Shown here piece after piece: positions 25,076 to 37,974 of a stretch of DNA of 64,000 nt (its first letter is position 1; each line of letters starts with the position of its first letter). The stretch lies in the NCBI GenBank assembly GCA_951406725.2, contig OX597819.1, positions 79,050,001-79,114,000 on the forward strand, read 5' to 3'. A model generated the notes under the pieces. That model was not told the origin of the DNA, ran no database searches, and was given only the letters and a program-made list of their open reading frames with translations. The stretch comes from Octopus vulgaris (lineage: Eukaryota). The position numbers and the translations under genes are program-made.

Positions 25076-26182
25076 CAGTAATGCTTCGATATACAAGTTG
25101 ATTTATTCCTGGAGACCGCTCGTAAAGCGAAACCTTGTAAAGCAGAGCAATAATTTCTCATAGTAGCAATGTTATAAAACCTAATTCGTTCCCACAAAAA
25201 TATTTTACCTATAAAATTTATGACACTCGTAAATCAATGACAAAACAGCTGTAGAATGTAAAGAATATTTTATGCAAAGTAAAAAGAATGTCAAGATCAT
25301 TTATAATAAAATATATTACTACAAGCAAAACGACCCCCGTCCAATGGACGGTGCTGAGTTGTCAAACATTTAAACCAAATTTTCTCAAAACAACTTGTCC
25401 GACCGTCCCATAGGCCTCCTCTTTGAGAGACACTGATTAAACCTAAATTTGAGACACCAGCAAAGGAAGAAATAAAGATAGATTTTTTTCTATTCCAAAG
25501 AAAAACGATTTTATTCACACAAATATGCAACCGAAGAGTTTAAAGTACCAGTAATGATAAGGCTGTTGACTGGGAGAACACAAACATGATTTAAATAGTA
25601 AGCTTGGCAGGAAAGAAACGTGCCTTTAAGCAGTACAAAAACAACAAAAAAATGTAAGATGCAGTTATGTACAAGTTGACGGAAGAAAAGCAGGACAAAA
25701 ACGGTTTTATCGATCGCATTCTTGACTGGAATCGATTTTTGTAATTTTTTCAAGACTTATACACGCCCTGATACCGTCGGTATCTACATATCAGATTTGA
25801 GCGCAATCGGATGGAGGATGCCCGAGAGTCTAGAAGACACACTCACAGACAGACTGAACGGATTTTATATAGTAGATTATAATCGTTTTCTAAATCACTT
25901 TCACTCGCACTAGACTCGCACACACCATCACTTGTAGACGTGATCGCCGATTCATAAGCACTCGTACACGGACTTGTAGGTTTCGTTTTAAAAAACAAGT
26001 CTAGAGTTGTTTGCTTAAACGCTTTATTTCGCTCTCTATAAATTTCTCGGTAACATGCAGAAATATTTGTTATGGTTGTAGAAACTTGCACTTCGTTCAA
26101 AATTTGGATCTTGTGCTTGAAAAATAAGACTCGTAAACCCGGGATCTTTTAAAGAGGGTCCTCGTAAAGTGAGGTATTATTG
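25076..26182 (-). mobile_element. Tigger/pogo-like deleted DNA transposon
   Basis: TA-CAGTAATGCTTCGATATACAAG and CTCGTAAAGTGAGGTATTATTG-TA form imperfect TIRs. ORF 25843-26100 CYREIYRERNKAFKQTTLDLFFK is the Tigger C-terminal motif. Confidence 0.8.
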
Positions 26183-26831
26183 TACTTTAATTTTGGACGG
26201 ACTATTATGTTTTCATTTCTTGTTATGCTGACTGTCAACTTTAGCCCGAATATCCTGTATAAATTACGTAATACGAATAATATCTTCTTTCAGATTTTGT
26301 CCATGAGAATTGCCATGCAGTATGTAAAATTCCTATTTTTGGCTACATTATTTTGTGTTACAGCGATCGGCCAACTGAGAGGTGTGCACTACCGCTATGA
26401 TTTTGTCGTCATCCACTCATTGCAAATAGCTAGAAGCGTATGAAAGTTCAACACTTCTTTCATCTTTGTTGGAAAATGTTCATTTACATAATTAAAATTA
26501 AAGCAAGTCAGTCATAAGATAATGTTGACACATATCAGCTGTGTGTTATGTATGCTGGGGAAGGAGATAAAATGAGATGACATGACCTGCCTACATAACT
26601 GCCGATGTTCTGTAAGTAATTTATTGTAAGTTTGTGGCAAGAGACTTGTTTTAATATTTCATTGTTAGTAACAATTATTGTGCCTAGCTGACTTCTGTTC
26701 ATCCCGCTATCGGGCCTATGGCACACGGTTTTCCATCCGGGATACTGCCATATTAGACGCAGAGCAATTTATTTGATATATTTAAAAATAATAATAAAAA
26801 GTGCGTCGTATATTCTACAAATACAATAAAT

Positions 26832-27520
26832 AGGCTCAGTAGTTAAAGCGTCGGCATCACAATCATGAAGTAGTGAGTTCGATTCCCGGACCGGACTGTG
26901 TGTTGTGTTCTTGAGCAAGACACTTTATTTTCACGTTGCTCCAGTTCACTCAGCTATTGAAATGCGTTGCAACATCACTGGTGCGAAGCTGTGCTGACTT
27001 TTGCCTTTCCCTCAGATAACATTGGTGATGTAGAGAGGGGAAGCTGGTATGCATCAGTGACTGCTGGTCTTCCATAAAACAACCTTGCCCGGACTTTCTC
27101 GTAATCCCATGGTCATTCATGATCGAAGGGGGTCTTTACCCAATCCCATGGTCATTCATGACCAGAGGGAGCTTTGCCCTCTTTAAAGTCCCTGTAAAGG
27201 CGCATGGTTTAGTGGTTAGGGTAGTCAGCTCACGATCGTAAAGTCATGAGTTCGACCCCACCTCGGTGCACTGCGTCCTTGAGCAAGGCGCTTTATTTCC
27301 CGTTGCTCCTATCCAGTCATCTGACAAAAATAAGTTGTACTTGTAAATCAAGCGATCAGCTTTGTCGTATCCTTTCTCATGCTGATTCTTCCTGAGAACT
27401 GTGTTGAGGGTACGGGTGTTTGTGCAGTACTCAGTCGCTGGTACTTTAATTTCACGAACAGGTTGTTCCGTTTCTGAGATCAACTGAAACACTCATCGTT
27501 GTAACCGACGAAGTACCAGG
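26832..27520 (+). mobile_element. Adjacent SINE C (26832-27180, tail duplicated) and SINE D (27198-27520)
   Basis: tRNA heads, CTTGAGCAAG core and family-specific tails. AATCCCATGGTCATTCATGA occurs twice. Confidence 0.85.
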
Positions 27521-27610
27521 TAATGATTAATATAAGGTTCCGCCTTACCTAAATAATTGGGAAGCCATAAGGTAGAAATAACTTGTAAAAACTATAAGAT
27601 GATAGAAATA

Positions 27611-27833
27611 CAATAATCCCTCGGCTATCGCGGGTGTTACGTTCAAAACCCCACCGCGATAGGTGAAAATCCGCGAAGTAGAAACAGTTCTATACTGTAT
27701 ATTTTTAAAAATCATTTTTATTATTTGTATATATTTATTTTATTATAAATGCAAAGCAACACCACGGAGTAATCGACGTAAGCTTAAATAATAAACTTCG
27801 ATAGGTGAACAGTGATATGACGAGGAATTACTG
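27611..27833. mobile_element. Tigger-like MITE
   Basis: TA-CAATAATCCCTCG..CGAGGAATTACTG-TA TIRs. Same family as 49940-50780. Confidence 0.8.
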
Positions 27834-28587
27834 TAATTTGTAAAGTTGTAGTAAAAAAATGCTACGAAAGTACAACCAAGGGAAGAAAAAGCAAGTTTTA
27901 GAGAACGAATCGGGATTGGATGAAAAAAAAAAAAAGATTTACTGTATAGGTCACATAGTTTAACTGATCAGAAGGACATTGAAATTATAATTAAGAATAT
28001 AATAACTTCTAATGGTTAATCGAAAGTTGTTTACAGCTAATACATCGGTATCATTGATTTATATATTAAAAATAAAATATAAAAGTATGTACATGGTTCT
28101 TCTATGCAAGGGGACTAACTCGTATTTATTACCAATACGTGAATTATTAATAATAGTCGAAAATGATACTAATTAAAAAAATATATATTAATTAAAATGC
28201 AATGTATGTACTACACTAATTAATATTAAAAACGATCTGTTCTCGATGTTGACGATAAATCAATTCCGAGCAAAATTTGTTTATATAGTAAAACAGTAAT
28301 TATAGCAGTAATACGGTAAAAGTGAAAGTCTCTTGTTTATCTGTTATTCCGAAGGCTTAAGTAGCTTTGTTTAATATCTTATTTGATTTTAATTAATATA
28401 TACTAATTTGGAAACTGTTAAGACGAAGATGTTTTCAACCTAGATTTTCAGCCTTTCAGCGACATTAAAATAAAATAAAATAAATGAAATATCTGTAAGA
28501 CGAGTTATCGAAGGAATATATGAATTTGATATATTGCTATTCTATTGTTTTATTAACTATTTTCACACACACGCACACGCATGCATG

Positions 28588-28620
<33 letters not shown>

Positions 28621-28716
28621 TTTCACGCACGCATACGCATACATGTATATATATGTATGTATATATATATGTATATAATATATATATATATATACATGTA
28701 TATATATATGTATATA

Positions 28717-28782
<66 letters not shown>

Positions 28783-28785
<3 letters not shown>

Positions 28786-28968
28786 GGAGAATTCATGAAA
28801 AAATAATAGACGAATACAGGTGATGTAGAAAGCAAACAGATGTATTAGTATAACGCTCGGGAAATGAAAAAGTTTTTAACGTTTCGAGCCTACGCTCTTC
28901 CACAGAAAGGGACACAGAAAGAAACAAGGAGAGAAAAAAATGTGTGTAGTGGCTATCGATCTATCATA
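28783..28968 (-). repeat. Short PLE-LTR-like repeat in (TA)n; further copies at 50900-51090 (+) and upstream parts at 58330-58447 and 61743-61850
   Basis: Shared GAGCGTAGGCTCGAAACGTT..CCCGAGCGTTATACTAATAC and ATGATAGATC..AGCCACTAC segments. Confidence 0.7.
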
Positions 28969-29189
28969 TATATTATACATATATATATATATCTATACTA
29001 AGTAATTAAGGGTTTAGCAACGAATTGCCTCACCAACACACCGAATTTAGAAATAGCAGTCAAAGAGATATAGCTATTCCTTCTACTAAAAGAGGGATCT
29101 CAGTAAAAACACAGCACTTGAAAGGCAAACACAGACAGGTAAGAAAGAAAGAATGAAATGACGGCAATCTATCATGCAATTTTAAGTTA

Positions 29190-29281
29190 CCTACGGACGT
29201 ACGTTTCGAGATCAAGTTTTAGGATAGCATAAGAATTAGAAAATTCTACTTTACCCAAACTTCTTCTCTCATCGGCGCAGG
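29190..29281 (-). ncRNA. Type I hammerhead ribozyme (inverted twin of 29639-29730)
   Basis: Reverse complement of 29639-29730, with no difference seen by eye. Confidence 0.72.
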
Positions 29282-29638
29282 ATACGACAATTATGAATAA
29301 TTGTATATTAAATTTTGAGATACTAGAATGCATCATCTCAACTCAGTGTCAGAGCGAGCCAAAGCATGACCAGTACCACGAAATTCAAAGTTTGAATGAA
29401 AGTTTGTGTCACCAGCCCCCTTCCACCCGCGTGTAGCCAAGACAAAATGCTGCGGTCATTCACTGGGATAAAATATGGTTATCAGTAATAATAATAAAGG
29501 GTGAAATTAATTAATTAGGGATAATTATCAATTACACCAAGTAGATTTCGGCATGTAAAAGCCCCATTCGAGGAAAATTTAAGTAATACTAAGTAATTAT
29601 CTCAAAATTTAATATACAATTATTCATAATTGTCGTAT

Positions 29639-29730
29639 CCTGCGCCGATGAGAGAAGAAGTTTGGGTAAAGTAGAATTTTCTAATTCTTATGCTATCCTA
29701 AAACTTGATCTCGAAACGTACGTCCGTAGG
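29639..29730 (+). ncRNA. Type I hammerhead ribozyme: CCGATGA core, long stem II, palindromic stem III
   Basis: Stem I CCTGCG/CGTAGG. Core CCGATGA 29645-51. Stem II GAGA..AAGTTT..AAACTT..TCTC. GAAA 29713-16. Stem III ACGTACGT. GUC cleavage after 29724. Confidence 0.72.
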
Positions 29731-30039
29731 TAACTTAAAATTGCATGATAGATTGCCGTCATTTCATTCTTTCTTTCTTACCTGTCTGTGTTTGCCTTTC
29801 AAGTGCTGTGTTTTTACTGAGATCCCTCTTTTAGTAGAAGGAATAGCTATATCTCTTTGACTGCTATTTCTAAATTCGGTGTGTTGGTGAGGCAATTCGT
29901 TGCTAAACCCTTAATTACTTAGTATTACTTAAATTTTCCTCGAATGGGGCTTTTACATGCCGAAATCTACTTGGTGTAATTGATAATTATCCCTAATTAA
30001 TTAATTTCACCCTTTATTATTATTATATATATCTATATA

Positions 30040-30104
<65 letters not shown>

Positions 30105-30232
30105 ATTTATACATGCACGCATACATACATGCATGCACACATACATACTTACACACATACATACAAACATACATACATACATACATACATACATACATAC
30201 ATACATACATACATACATACATACATACATAC

Positions 30233-30783
30233 ATGGTGGCTGCCCCCTTGTTATTCAGTATGGCCATTGCACGAAGCTTAAACAATGTTGTTATCGTGCA
30301 ATGCCTGTGCAAGAAGATTTTTTTTTAAAGTGAGGAAAGGCTGTGCGCTGAGTCAATCCCACTCATTAAGCAACAGCAGCCATAATCCGAAAAGAAGAAC
30401 AAGTCAACATCATCGGTAACCACTGAGCCCCAGGTTTTATATCGGAGTTATTCCAGTTACCTGAGTTACCTTCTCCTAGAAGGATGCCCTAACAAAGGCT
30501 AGGAGTCCTTCACTCCCAATGGTATAACCGCGCGATCGGGTATTCAGTCCGATTATTTCTATGTCCCGCGCATGATACAGCCTTAAGACGTTTATTGGAT
30601 GGCCGTTGACTCTCAAGAGTTCCTCCGCCCTTTGACGGGTTTTGTTTTTCATCCCGCAGGGTGTCTAATAAACACCCTCCTCACCGAGCAAGCTTGGTGG
30701 GGTTGCCGGTGTAGTCGCCGACGACCCGACCATGCAACAGGTTGTACTGGGTTACATGTTACCAGTAGCACTCAAAAGTGACC
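30233..30783 (-). mobile_element. Non-autonomous RTE-derived element (5' UTR-like) with (ATGT)n tail
   Basis: Minus-strand motifs GGGATGAAAAACAAAACCCGTCAAAGGGCGG and CTAGCCTT..TCTAGGAGAAGG..AAACC resemble RTE 5' UTRs (recalled). Flanked by (CATA)n on both sides. Confidence 0.55.
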
Positions 30784-31699
30784 TGACATAACATACATAC
30801 ATACATACATACATACATACATACATACATACATGGAATTTCCCATGCAGGGAGTTTCTACAAACAGCATGACTAGACACAACATCATCAACAACACAAC
30901 CAAGGAACAGAACGAAAATAACAGCTCAACAGGTAAACAGATTCCTTCTAACTGTGGTTATTGAAGGAACCGTAACTACAAAGCTAATTTTTCTTGGACT
31001 TATGAACTGAATGCTTCTAAACACGAAAGACCTGATCAATGATGGCTCATATAGTTATATAAAATTAGTTACGGTGCTGCTTCAGAAAATTTTTAGCCGT
31101 TTTTTTAATATTGTGTAAAAGGAACAAACATATAAAAAGAATATTTATACATAAACTTGATCGGTTCGCGTTTTAGCCACTGCCGGGTTGAATGTTTAAT
31201 TTGTTCACTGAACATCACCACGAATTCCCCCTTGTTTTTCAAAAATTCCCCTAAATAACAAAATAAGGTGGGAAAATCAGCCCTATTTTTCAAATTCTGG
31301 CAGCAACACTGAAGCTGGAAGCAGGATAATAATCTAATTCTACACCTTATCACATTCAAGAATATAAACACGTTTTTAAGCACAACACACGCGGAGTCAA
31401 AAAGAAACACTACCTTTCACCGGCACTGCGTGAACGACAGTGTTGTCTCTCCCTAGCGTGAAACTGCCCGTCTCGGACATGTGAGCATGCGCACCACAGC
31501 CAAGCATCGGGTCGCTGGAACTGTGATGCGCACAGTTCTATACGGGGATTTTTGTATTTTTTTTCGTAAACTAGGGGATGGCTACTGACATTAAGCTTAT
31601 ATTATAAAAGCTTAAAGAAAGAATTGAAGAAAAAGGACTCGTTATATTGAATGCTATCGATAATATTGAGTGGAAATAGAGGGTGCTGCAGTTCCACAA

Positions 31700-32120
31700 T
31701 GGCTATACACGAGCCGCCACTGAACCTGTTATAATGATTTGGGATAGAGAAGAGAAACAGTACAGTTGTGGAAATCAGCTGCCCAACAGATATATAATGT
31801 GAAAAAGAGAACACTTACGCTGGACTATTGAGAAATCTACAGTTACTCTATCCAGATTACATGTTCAGGTTTATACCTGTAATTATTGGGGCACTGGGCT
31901 ATGTAACACACTGCCTAAATACCAGTCTTGAGAAATTAGGCTTCTCAAAACCAGAAAGGCGACAACTGATTCAAAGACTACAGATTCAAGCCGTCACTGG
32001 AACTGTAAAAATCTGTAAAACTTTCCCGAAGTTTATCATTTAAATATATATGGGCATGTCTTATTATATGCGTATCTGCATGAGAAGATATACTTAAAGC
32101 AAAACATACAAATCTGCACA
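31700..32120 (+). pseudogene. R4/Dong-like LINE 3' end (RLE domain)
   Basis: VVEISCPTD..EKENTYAGLLRNLQLLYPDYMFRFIPVIIGALG..GTVKICKTF, then a 3' UTR and (TACA)n tail. Confidence 0.85.
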
Positions 32121-32142
32121 CATACATACATACATACATACA

Positions 32143-32175
<33 letters not shown>

Positions 32176-32364
32176 GCATGCACATAAGCTTACGTACGTA
32201 GATATATACATACATACATATATGCATGCACATAAGCTTACGTACGTAGATATATACATACATACATACGTATGTATGAGAATATTTGAACGTGCCAATA
32301 TCAATCGTAAGCTTGCTTATAACTCACAAGCATTGTACAGAGAGATGAGGAAAGAAAATATTAC

Positions 32365-32585
32365 CTATTTCTTTACTACCCACAGAGAGGACAAACAAGG
32401 ACAGACAAACGGATTAAGTCGATTATATCGACTCCAGTGCGTAACTGCTACTTATTTAATCGACCCCCGAAAGGATGAAAGGCAAAATCGACCTCGGCGG
32501 AATTTGAACTCAGAACGTAACAGCAAACGATATACCGCTAAGCATTTCGCCCGGTGTGCTAGCGTTTCTGCCAGCTCGCCGCCAT
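32365..32585 (-). mobile_element. SINE family B
   Basis: Near full-length match ending CCAGCTCGCCGCC. Confidence 0.88.
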
Positions 32586-33092
32586 AAAGGAAAATATTAC
32601 CATTAAAAAAGCTCCCTCCCAAGAAAATCTACAATCATTCTGGTCAAAAATTTGGAACGAAAAGAGGGATTTCAACCTTTGAATGCATCTTGGTTAAATA
32701 CAATTGAGAGAGAATACTGTAACAACACTAACAGTAAAACATTGGTACAAGTAGCTGATATTTTATAGAAACCAGTTGATATGTAGCGAGGAGTTCGGTG
32801 TTGTAATAACATACAACTCCTCGCGTTGGAAGTACACTGGTTTTGAGCCCTATTAGCGAGTATACGACTTGAACTCGGAGAAACGGAATGAATGCCACAA
32901 TGCTTTTCATCCATCAATGTAACTACACCGCCTATTCGTCGCCTGGAACAAAACAATAACAGTTGCAACAACGAAGACGACGACGGCGACGATAAAACTA
33001 CCATGTGATCACTTTCCTGTTTCCGTCTTAGTTTTTCTTTTAATTCTCCTCCTCCACTCTTTCTTGACCTTCCTGGTTCTATCCACCTCACT

Positions 33093-33166
33093 CTTCTTCT
33101 TCTTCTTCTTCTTCTTCTTCTTCTTCTTCTTCTTCTTCTTCTTCTTCTTCTTCTTCTTCTTCTTCC
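33093..33166. repeat. (CTT)n microsatellite. Others: (ATT)n 33972-34066, (AAG)n 35503-35608, (GAT/GAC)n 54920-55450, (AAT)n 58700-58820
   Basis: Read directly. Confidence 0.95.
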
Positions 33167-33968
33167 AGATCTTTCTCCTTTTTCCCGTCTTTATCCCTTT
33201 CTATCTCTTCCGTCCTTCTTCTGTGTTCCTATATCATCATTGTTGTTGTTCGTTGTGCTTTTGTCCTTACCGTCGTAGTTGTTGCTGTTATTATTATTAT
33301 TGTAGCTGCTATCGTTGTTGCAACTACTGCTGTAACTTTCCTTGCTATTTTATTAAAAAATACTTTACTAATGCTGTTATATGGCTATTATTGTTATTTC
33401 GATTTCTATCTCTCTCTTCCCCCTCTCTATCTCATACTTTCTCTCCCTCTCTCTCGTTCCATATATTCTGCTCTCTCTCTATTTCTCCCAGTTTTGTCAA
33501 AAGTAAAATAGCAGACGACTCTCATTGAAATAAAACCGCCAAATTTCATTGCCATAACCCGACTCCGACTGTCAGTTGTAAAAATATAATATTGTCTTAT
33601 AATTTGGTAGAAAGGGGAGCCAAGTTGGTGTTAGTGCAAATTTTAGTGGTGGTGGTGGTTGTGGTACTTAGGGCGATGTCACTGGATATGCCGGCGACGG
33701 TGGAGGTTGTAATTGATTATGGCGTTAATGACAGAAAAGATTATGGTGGTTGTGGCTATTGTGATGTTGGCGGTGGTCAAATATGTAGGTTAGAGTCGTT
33801 AAGGTGATGATTATAGTGATGTTGATGGCTGTAGCGTAAAAAAAAGTTATTATAGTAATTGTCGTTGTGGTTATGCTACTGTAGGTATTAATGATGGTTA
33901 TGAAGAAGTTAGTGGTGTAAACTGGTCTTTGGCTGTGATCTGCGCCTATAACACTGTGTTACAAAATT

Positions 33969-34066
<98 letters not shown>

Positions 34067-34739
34067 TTTTTTTTTCTTTGGTCAGTAAGTGATATTTCCA
34101 ACTTGCTTCTGTCTAGAAATCAAAGGAAATGACTACTATTGCCTTCAAACTTTGCTTCTGTGACCTGGACAGCGATGTTTTGAAATTGACCTATTTTCCA
34201 TTACATTTCAGACAGGTTCAGTAGCGAGTTACTGAAGCAGAAATATCGTTATGGCAAATATTCTATTCAATACCACTAATTTGCTTGTTAGTTGCTTGAC
34301 ACTAATCTCTTGAGCATGTTCCTTAGTGGCTGACAATATGAGCATCTTTGATCGTGAGCAGGAGTAGTGGAGGAGCATCATAGGCATGTGTTGAGTAAGA
34401 TTCTATGGGGTTTGAATAAATGTAACAAAGTTTGAAGGAAATATTAGCCATTTTCCATACTATCTAGGGATGGGGGTAGAAAATAACAGTTGCTACCCAA
34501 GGACAGAAATCATGTTGCACAGTGTAATCTCAAGTACTTTGTGGTGTACTTTATGATTTATTGTCGTGTGTAGCGGAGAGAGTAGGTCCTCAGGAAGACA
34601 GGTGTAATTCACAATAGATTTAATGCAATGTTTTTCAAAAGAAGAGGGCCTGTAATGATCGAAAATATGGCGACAAATTGCCAAGTTTAAACAAAAATAA
34701 AGATGATTTTTAAGCGTTTCAAGTTTATTCAACACTATG

Positions 34740-35090
34740 ACTTAGAAAGAAGAATTTGCTTTACATCCTTTTGAGGTCGATAAAATAAAGTACCAGTCAA
34801 CTGCTTTATTTGAAAGAAGAATTTTATGGTTGCAAACTATATTTTGATTTCTTATACATAAAGCAGAGCCTGGCGGTGAGCTGGCAGAATTGCTAATGAG
34901 TCGAACAAAATGTTTGTGGACATTTCTTCTGACTCTCTTCGTTCTAAGTTCACATTCTGCCGAGGTCGACATTGCCTTTAATCCTTTCGGAGTCGATAAA
35001 ATAAACTACCAGTCAATTATTGAGTCGGTGTAATCAACTAATCCCATCCCTTAAAATTGTGAGGCCATGTTCCAAAATTTTAAACTATTG
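34740..35090 (+). mobile_element. SINE family B fragment plus full copy
   Basis: GGCGGTGAGCTGGCAGAAT..GCCGAGGTCGAC..GTCGATAAAATAA. Confidence 0.75.
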
Positions 35091-36644
35091 ATATAAAAAA
35101 CGGGAGTTAAAAATCTTCACTAGAATTTTTGTGTTATACGAGCTGGTATTTGTTAGTTTGAGAGATCGAGAGTATTATTTGGGTATCATTATTGTTGGTT
35201 CGTTCTGTTGGCTGAACGTAGTACCTTTGGATTCTCTAAGTATGTTTCGGTGTTGTTGTTTTTTTTATTCATGACCATGTCTTTTATGTCTGCTGTGAAT
35301 TCTGTGGAGATATTTGTTAGAATTGTCATTAAAGTTTCATGTTATATTTAATACCTTCAATGGAAAGACTTAAACAAAGGTTTAAGCCTTGAATTATCAA
35401 TTAAGTCTTTCTAATAAGGATGAAAAGTGGCACGTGAGTCATTGATGGAATCGCGAATGGCGATGAAAGGACTTTGACAAATCTAGGTGACTCAGAACTG
35501 ATGAAGAAGAAGAAGAAGAAGAAGAAGAAGAAGAAGAAGAAGAAGAAGAAGAAGAAGAAGAAGAAGAAGAAGAAGAAGAAAAAGAAGAAGAAGAAGAAGA
35601 AGAAGAAGTTAAATACAACCAGTGTGTATGTTTATTATTGGCATAATGACCGTCCCGAGATTGAGTAAAACGTCCATAGCATTTCCTCCTTTGCAGAAAA
35701 AAATATGGTAATGATTAATTATGAACAAATTAGTCAGCTTCTGGTGTATGATTAAGGAAAACGTAATTGAACATGAAGGTTAATCTCTGGTTATATGAAT
35801 ATGGACACTAGTAAACTTTCATGAATACATTACTCCCTGTGTACTTGAATGACCAGATATCAATATATGTTACATAAAGCCAAATCGGCTTATGGAATGT
35901 AATGAACTTTTTTTTAGATATTTCATCAGTAAAATTTCTACTGCCAAAATCAATTTCTCTAGCAATGCTTGATTCAATATCCAATCTTGCTAAACCAACA
36001 AACCATGTTTAAGACATGTTAGCCCTTATAAAAGTTTATGATATATCTGTCTTTGCTAAGAGATCTTTCTGTTGATGCTGCTGTAACTAGTATTGTCAAC
36101 AATGAACTCAAACTAACGCAAACATTTCGATATATCTTTAATTTGAAATTAAATATAGTGCACAAACAGCATGTCACTGCACTATTCCATCGGTGGATCT
36201 CTAAATTAGTCTTACAGCAAGTTACAGTAAATGGAATCTGCTTGGATGGTTAAGCTTCATGGAACAAAATGCACGAGTCAAATCAATAATGTTATTGCTC
36301 CAATTTTGCATGGAGGGGAGAAAGGGTTAGTTGGGTATAAATTTGTTTGTTAATAATCTAGCAATTTCCGTAAAGTTCGTTAATAAATGTAGCTATTCTA
36401 AACGTTTCAGTTTTGGGTTACCAAAATTTGCTTCAAGTACTAACAGTAAATACTGCACGAATCAAAGTATTATATTTTGCAGATGTATTACGTGGGTTCA
36501 TAGTTTTGAATATCAAAATTCTCCGTTAACATTATGTTGCCCGTTAACATTATTTTTTTCCATCTGTCCACTGCAAATATGTAGATAAATGTTGTTAAAA
36601 CAATTATAGTTGTACAGTAAAGTAAAAAAAAAACTTCCGCCAAA

Positions 36645-36845
36645 TAGGTGCAGTCGTGGCTGTGTGGTAAGAAACTTACTTCCCAACCACATAGTTTCGG
36701 GTTCAGTCCCACTGCGTGGAACCTTGGGTAAATGTCTTCTCCTATAGCTTCGGGCCGACCGAAGCCTTATGAGTGGATTTGATAGACAAAAACTGAAAGC
36801 CTGTCGTATATATATGCGTGTGTGTCTGTGTGTTTGTGTTTGTCT
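36645..36845 (+). mobile_element. SINE family A, head half
   Basis: GTGGCTGTGTGGTAAG..GGTTCAGTCCCACTGCGTGG. Confidence 0.85.
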
Positions 36846-37974
36846 CTTCTCTGTTTCACAAGTTGCCCATGACTAATTAGTGCAGATTTGTGCATGTTTG
36901 TTTGTACGCGGTTTGTAACACTTGTATACAGCATTATTTCAGATACTTGCTACTGACGAAGCCCAAATAGGTAGAAATACATACTTGGCCATCACTACAG
37001 ATGGAAGATTTTCCCCTGTTACTGATATATTTCTGTGTTTTTTAGCACTGTACTTCTGTGAGAGAATCTTTCTTTAGACGAATAGCGCAGTTTATTGATT
37101 CTTCAGCGATGTATATGCTTTAAGTATAGGAAACAATTTGCTTGAAGCATTACAATATGTATAAGGCAGATAAGCATGTACGAAACCTTTGAGCAATGCT
37201 GATGAGAAGTTCAGTAAAATATAAGATAATATCAATAAATAAAAACAAAGAAGAAAAGATGTATTACTTTATATAAAGTTAATCCGAGATGTATTACTTT
37301 ATATAGGTTGTTTAATGATACTATAATATTTCAGGAAAACATTTTATAGGATCGACATTAACTTACATATTTTGCTTAACTTCTCACCTGCATTTTACTT
37401 CAAACATTTATTAAATTATTAATGGTGACAGCAATCCCATGTCAAGCATTAATAAAAACAAGAATATATTTTTTTATTTCAAATAAAATCTTTACATTCG
37501 CCTGCAGTAGATTTTTATGTTTTAATTTAAAAGAGTAAATAAATTCCATTATATATATCTCGTATATTAATAGGGACCCCCCCCCTTACGTGGTGTCCCT
37601 TAGCGGACAGTTAATACAAGGGAAATAATCATTTCTTCATCACATTTGCCTGGATTAAGTTTAACTTTGATATCAAGGAACAAGGAAAAATATGCGTTGA
37701 TTACACATATTTGGTTGTTTTTTCGGTTGCAAATTATTACGAGTTACTTAAAATTTATACCAAAGCCTACCAAAAGGTTGTCCGAGAGACACTGATAACT
37801 ATACATATGTTGCGCATTTTCACAAATAAACTAATCCTAATCATACCTCATCTAATCTAATCTACCTTAATGATAGGATAGGTTAAGTTTGGTACAGTTA
37901 GATTAGTTTATTTACGATAATATACAAAATACATTACAAATGCATTTCTCTATATTTATAGCGGCGGTAATAAT

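Larger units (their letters stand above)
28995..30025. mobile_element. Non-coding hammerhead-bearing element (retrozyme/PLE-pLTR-like): full circularly permuted monomer (-) plus inverted partial copy (+)
   Basis: 28995-29322 is the reverse complement of 29598-29925, and 29486-29599 is the reverse complement of 29912-30025. ATACTAAGTAATTA repeats directly at 28995 and 29586 (period 591). Both ends abut (TA)n. Confidence 0.85.

Noticed and set aside
37180-37225. CGAAAC..CTGATGA suggesting a permuted hammerhead (also CTGATGA at ~202, 46955, 48363)
   Set aside because: The required helices cannot be formed, so these are chance heptamers.
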